Source: Pecten maximus (lineage: Eukaryota). From it: a DNA stretch of 64,000 bases. Under the pieces are notes generated by a model that saw only the letters and a list, made by a program, of their open reading frames with translations, made no database searches and was not told the origin of the DNA. The stretch lies in contig NC_047018.1 of assembly GCF_902652985.1 (NCBI RefSeq), positions 37,820,001 through 37,884,000 on the forward strand, read 5' to 3'. A program made the translations under genes and the position numbers. Below, piece after piece: positions 59,767 through 64,000 of this stretch. Each line of letters opens with the position of its first letter. Position 1 is the stretch's first letter.

Positions 59767-60444
59767 ACAGTAAGCTCATGTGGATCACGTATATTGCACA
59801 ACATAAACATGCCGTTATTCTCACAAGTGTCTATAGCTGGTAGTGTGGGCATTTGTTTGGCCGGATTTGACTTTATAAACGCATATACAGTGTACATTGA
59901 ATCTCTTTTGATCTTGAAATGCAAATGGCGGCTGTGAAAATTCAAACAAATATTGCATATAGCGAGACATTTCAAGCATCAAACATGTGTTCTCATTAAT
60001 CACTATGAAGAACTTCGAACATAGCAATAAGCATGTTTTAGGGAAAATAGTTCAACAGCAGAGTTTGAGGTAAAATATGCAGATTTCTGAAAATACTCCC
60101 AAACTCCACTGTTTAACTTTTTGTTTCGAAAACATTTTTTCATACTATGCTAATATGTCTTGTTTGTATCTAAAATGGCATTTTGTTGTTGATTGAGATG
60201 CCTCTTTATATGTAATATTTGTGCACTATAATGTAGCGCCACTCCTATTTCGGTTCGGTTTATATATATATGAAATAGACCACAGCGTCAATACACAGTC
60301 GCATACTACATAACATGGTCGTAAACACACAACGAAAAAATATATCATAGCGTCACCTTGATCTCATGCTATAACACAGTTGTCAACACACAAGGACAAA
60401 CTTCGTCACAGCGTCAATGCAAACTTTTAACATATACTGTACAT

Positions 60445-60775
60445 ATAATTAATTTTCCATTCTTTGTATGCAGAATGCGGCTTTCTGATTGGTTGAGATT
60501 TGTTTTTTGCATACCATTTTGCGAGAAAGGCGCAAAAAAGGTGACGTCACAATACGACAATTGACGTTGCGTATTGATTTGAGAAAAATAATCCCATATA
60601 AAACCAGTAAAATTGTACATAAAACATTTTTAAATTAGAAAATTATTTTCAAAAATTAATTATAAGCGTTGATGTCAATTATTTTTTAGTTTCATAGGGG
60701 TATGAAACAAATTTTGTTTGCAAACACATTTTTTCATACCCCGATGAAACAAAAAAAAATTGACATCAATGCAAG
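60445..60775. mobile_element. Short repeat with a ~100-bp terminal palindrome
   Basis: ttgatgtcaatt..gtttcataggggtatgaaa / tttcataccccgatgaaac..aattgacatcaa at ~60669-60769. Confidence 0.5.
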
Positions 60776-61009
60776 TACAAAAGCGATTTCACTTGATCTC
60801 ATACTATATAACATGGTCGTCCACACACAAGACCACAATGTTAACGCATGTTCTGGAATTATGTAATCTACCTGACAGACCACAGTACTTATATCAGTAT
60901 GATGATATGCGCCTCGATATTTCAGTGCATACGTGTATATAGTCAGATATAATTAGAATTTACATTGGGAGATTTTTTTTATCTGTTATCATATATCTAC
61001 AAGCACAGG

Positions 61010-61350
61010 TATGTTTGTGCTTCCTGGTTAATAGCAACATGACTTGTCGGATTGGCTGTTTGTACAAAGGGGAATACCCTTACAACGCTCTACCCTGCTT
61101 GATCTTGAATGCCTTATTAGCTTCAAAAAAGTTGGTTTACATTACCATAGTCTTGTTCTGCTCAACTTCCTGATAATATCGTCTGGTCCCTGGAGTTCCC
61201 GTCCCGGTTGCTGATATTGGTAAACATGAACGTTCTACATTGAATCGTAAATATGTAATTTGCTTCTCAAATCTGAAATAAAATCTCTGGGGAGGACAAA
61301 ACGGCACAAACATACTCTGTTGTCAAAGTTAATCGTCTCGAGGGAAGGAT
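61010..61350 (+). repeat. Diverged third copy of a segment in the inverted arms (~51540-51870; ~25850-26180 reverse)
   Basis: Shared blocks gtgcttcctggtt, ggattggctgtttgt, acaacgctct, gcttgatc.tgaatgc, catgaacgttct.cattga. Confidence 0.7.
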
Positions 61351-63479
61351 CATATTACCATACAGACAAAAACAGAAAGAAAGAAAAAGGTCTTATTTCT
61401 AAGGTAACCGAAAGTAAACAAATATAATGACCTCGAATACATGTATATCGTATCCACCCATTCCACAGTCAAACATTAACAAAACACTATATATACACTG
61501 TAGATCAGCGCTTTCATCAGTAGTGTATGGTATCTCGATTACTACTTGTGAGGCAGGGCTCCGATAAAAGCCCACAAGGTATACGTTAATTAATCAGCTA
61601 AAATCTCAAACAAATTGCAATAAACCAAACAATTTTATGTTTTGTTAGAATATTTCATTCTATGTTTGTGTTGAAAAACCGCCCAAAATGTTTGTGACGG
61701 AAACATGCTTTGTATAGGCTGCCGTAGAAGTAATCAACAGCTTGGTTTAAACAGACAAAATAAGTGTATTAACATGAATGAGAAATAGTGACGATGAGCG
61801 ACATATTTGTAAATACGTTGATATGTATGCATAAGGAGAAAACATAATCATTGAAACCAAATTGTTGGAAAGCTACATGCATATAAGACTGTTCTGTGTT
61901 CTATGTCTATATGTGATTGTTTGTAATTTACTTGTGTCTTGATAAAGGGGCAATTTGCCTCGGAAATTCGACAATTTACTTGTCTGTACTGTCGTTATTA
62001 CTACTTGACAGATTATCTATTTCTAGTAATACGCATCCAGCGAACATCTGTTTGTTAGGATCTAGTACCTACATGTATATTGGACCATGTCGTCGTAATT
62101 ACTTACTAGACCACATATATAACATTCTAACATTGCGGCGAGATTTTAAAAACCAAATTGTTAACTTCTGATACCGTGTATCTGATTGTTTGCGCGGCTC
62201 GTACGTTTCCGAGTTTTTCATTTAAGCGTAATTAAATTGAACGAATTTCAATTTTGCGATCAAGTTATAGGAGGATATATAATCTTCGCGAGTAAGTAGA
62301 CACTTGTTCCAAATTTTTTACAGTCTACACGCCTATGCCAACGGGATTTAATAACAATATATGCTTATAAGAGCAAGTATCGTGCAATATCCTGTAATAT
62401 TTGCTATACCGTGTAAAAACTATCTCTCTTATATAGCAAATACGATGTTCTGAACGATTGCCCAACTAGTTTTGGATGAGTGTAGGCGGTCGCGTTGGGA
62501 ATGTTTGACATCAAAATTTATAACCTCTCACACATCACGTGATATCGTTACTTTCTGCTGCATCGCGAGACAAAAAGATGTCCCTCATACAAACCATGAA
62601 ACAAATACAGTACTTATCGTCAAATAAGCCCCCCTCCCCTTGTGTTCAATTTAGATATTTACGTTTTAAAAGGGCTTATTTGCGATGCGTAAATGATATC
62701 ATCCAAAAACTGTCTATTACTTAATAGGCAGTTCTAGGTTTATAGCTTACTTAAAACGCACACCCTCTTTCTGTTAATGTTATGTTAAGTATGTGCAATG
62801 AACCATGAAAGGCTATTGATACAATACAGTACAATGTAGGTCATGTAGCATAATGCTTTTGCACAGGTACATGCATTACAGGTGTGTAAATTGTCCGTGA
62901 AATATGTCTGAGTAGAATTTAGTTCTATCTGAGTAATGTCGAACAACAATGAAGGTGTCTTCCCACACATGCACAGTACATTTTGATCATCAGCATACAG
63001 TACTGAAATGAATTAAATTCAAATAATGTGATTGATGAAAGAATCACACATTTCAAGAGAGAAAATTAAAGGTTTCAACACCACATCCAAAGATAAATAT
63101 CACAGCAATATAAGCTATGATACAACAGAACTTTTATGCACATAAATCATGGGGAAAATGCAACATTTCCACTGCCTTCAACTCTAAAGTGTTATTATTA
63201 AAATTACGAATTCAAATGGAATTACAGTAAAGTATTTAGACATGTATGTACCTTATATGAGTGTTTCGTGTAAAAAGAGAGTTTAGTTATTCAAACTTTC
63301 TCCAAGGAAAAATTATAGTGCATGAGGAATCTGACTTTACGACGAAGAATACCGGATATACTTGAAAAATGTTGATTTCTTAATTCTGTCTTACATTTGA
63401 TAACAATTTATTTTCACATTTATACTGTTTTACACTGAATACCATAATACTGCGCTCATTCAAAAACTTACCTTAAGCT

Positions 63480-63910
63480 CTCCAATACCTTACCTGTAGC
63501 CGTCCGTTAAGTTACCTGTAACTGTCAAATAAGTGACCTGTAGCCACCCAATAAGTTATCTGTAGCGGTCCAATAAGTCACCCGTAACTATCCAATATGT
63601 TACTTGTAGCTATCCAATAGGTTACCTGTAGCCATCCAATTAACTACCTGTAGCTATCCAATAAGTTACCTGTAGCTATGCAATCAGTTACCTGTAACTG
63701 TCCAATAAGTTATCTGTAGCTATCCAATAAGTCACTTGTAACTGTCCAATGTGTTACCTGTAGCCACCCAATAAGTTACCTGTAGCTAGCTATCCAATAA
63801 TTTACCTGTAACTGTCCAATTAGTTACCTATAGCTATCCAATAAGTCACCCGTAACTGTTCAATAAGCTACCTGTAGCTATCCAATAAGTCAATTGTAAC
63901 TGTCCAATAT
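63480..63910. repeat. 22-bp minisatellite, ~19 copies
   Basis: Unit TATCCAATAAGTTACCTGTAGC. Confidence 0.92.
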
Positions 63911-64000
63911 ACAACATGTATCGATCCAAGTGCACCTTTGTGTACTTATTGAACAGATACAGGTAGCTTATGAAACAGTTTCATGTGATGTCTATGAATT

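Overview
AT-rich, intron-containing eukaryotic DNA. The SINE and Helentron-type repeats suggest a mollusc, probably a bivalve (inference). From left to right: (1) the first five coding exons of CCDC25 (- strand); (2) repeats, including a 36-bp minisatellite; (3) a complete 7-exon GAREM/THEMIS-like gene (-) encoding a CABIT domain, a Pro-rich linker, tyrosine motifs including a consensus ITAM on its own symmetric exon, and a C-terminal SAM domain; (4) a ~31-kb array of intronless small heat-shock genes with two alpha-crystallin domains, bounded by long inverted arms. Two copies are intact, two share the same internal TAG between the domains, and a fifth keeps its promoter but has lost the CDS. 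Every promoter carries HSEs and an invariant palindromic kappaB-like site. A decayed DDE_Tnp_4/SWIM transposon sits in one spacer, apparently without a target-site duplication; (5) a second CABIT gene (-) ending in a Pro/Arg tail with no SAM; (6) a very young 1.87-kb LTR element (identical 209-bp LTRs, tRNA-Ala PBS, PPT, 4-bp TSD) carrying one intact ORF that is not recognisably gag/pol. All family assignments come from motif recognition by eye; no searches were run.
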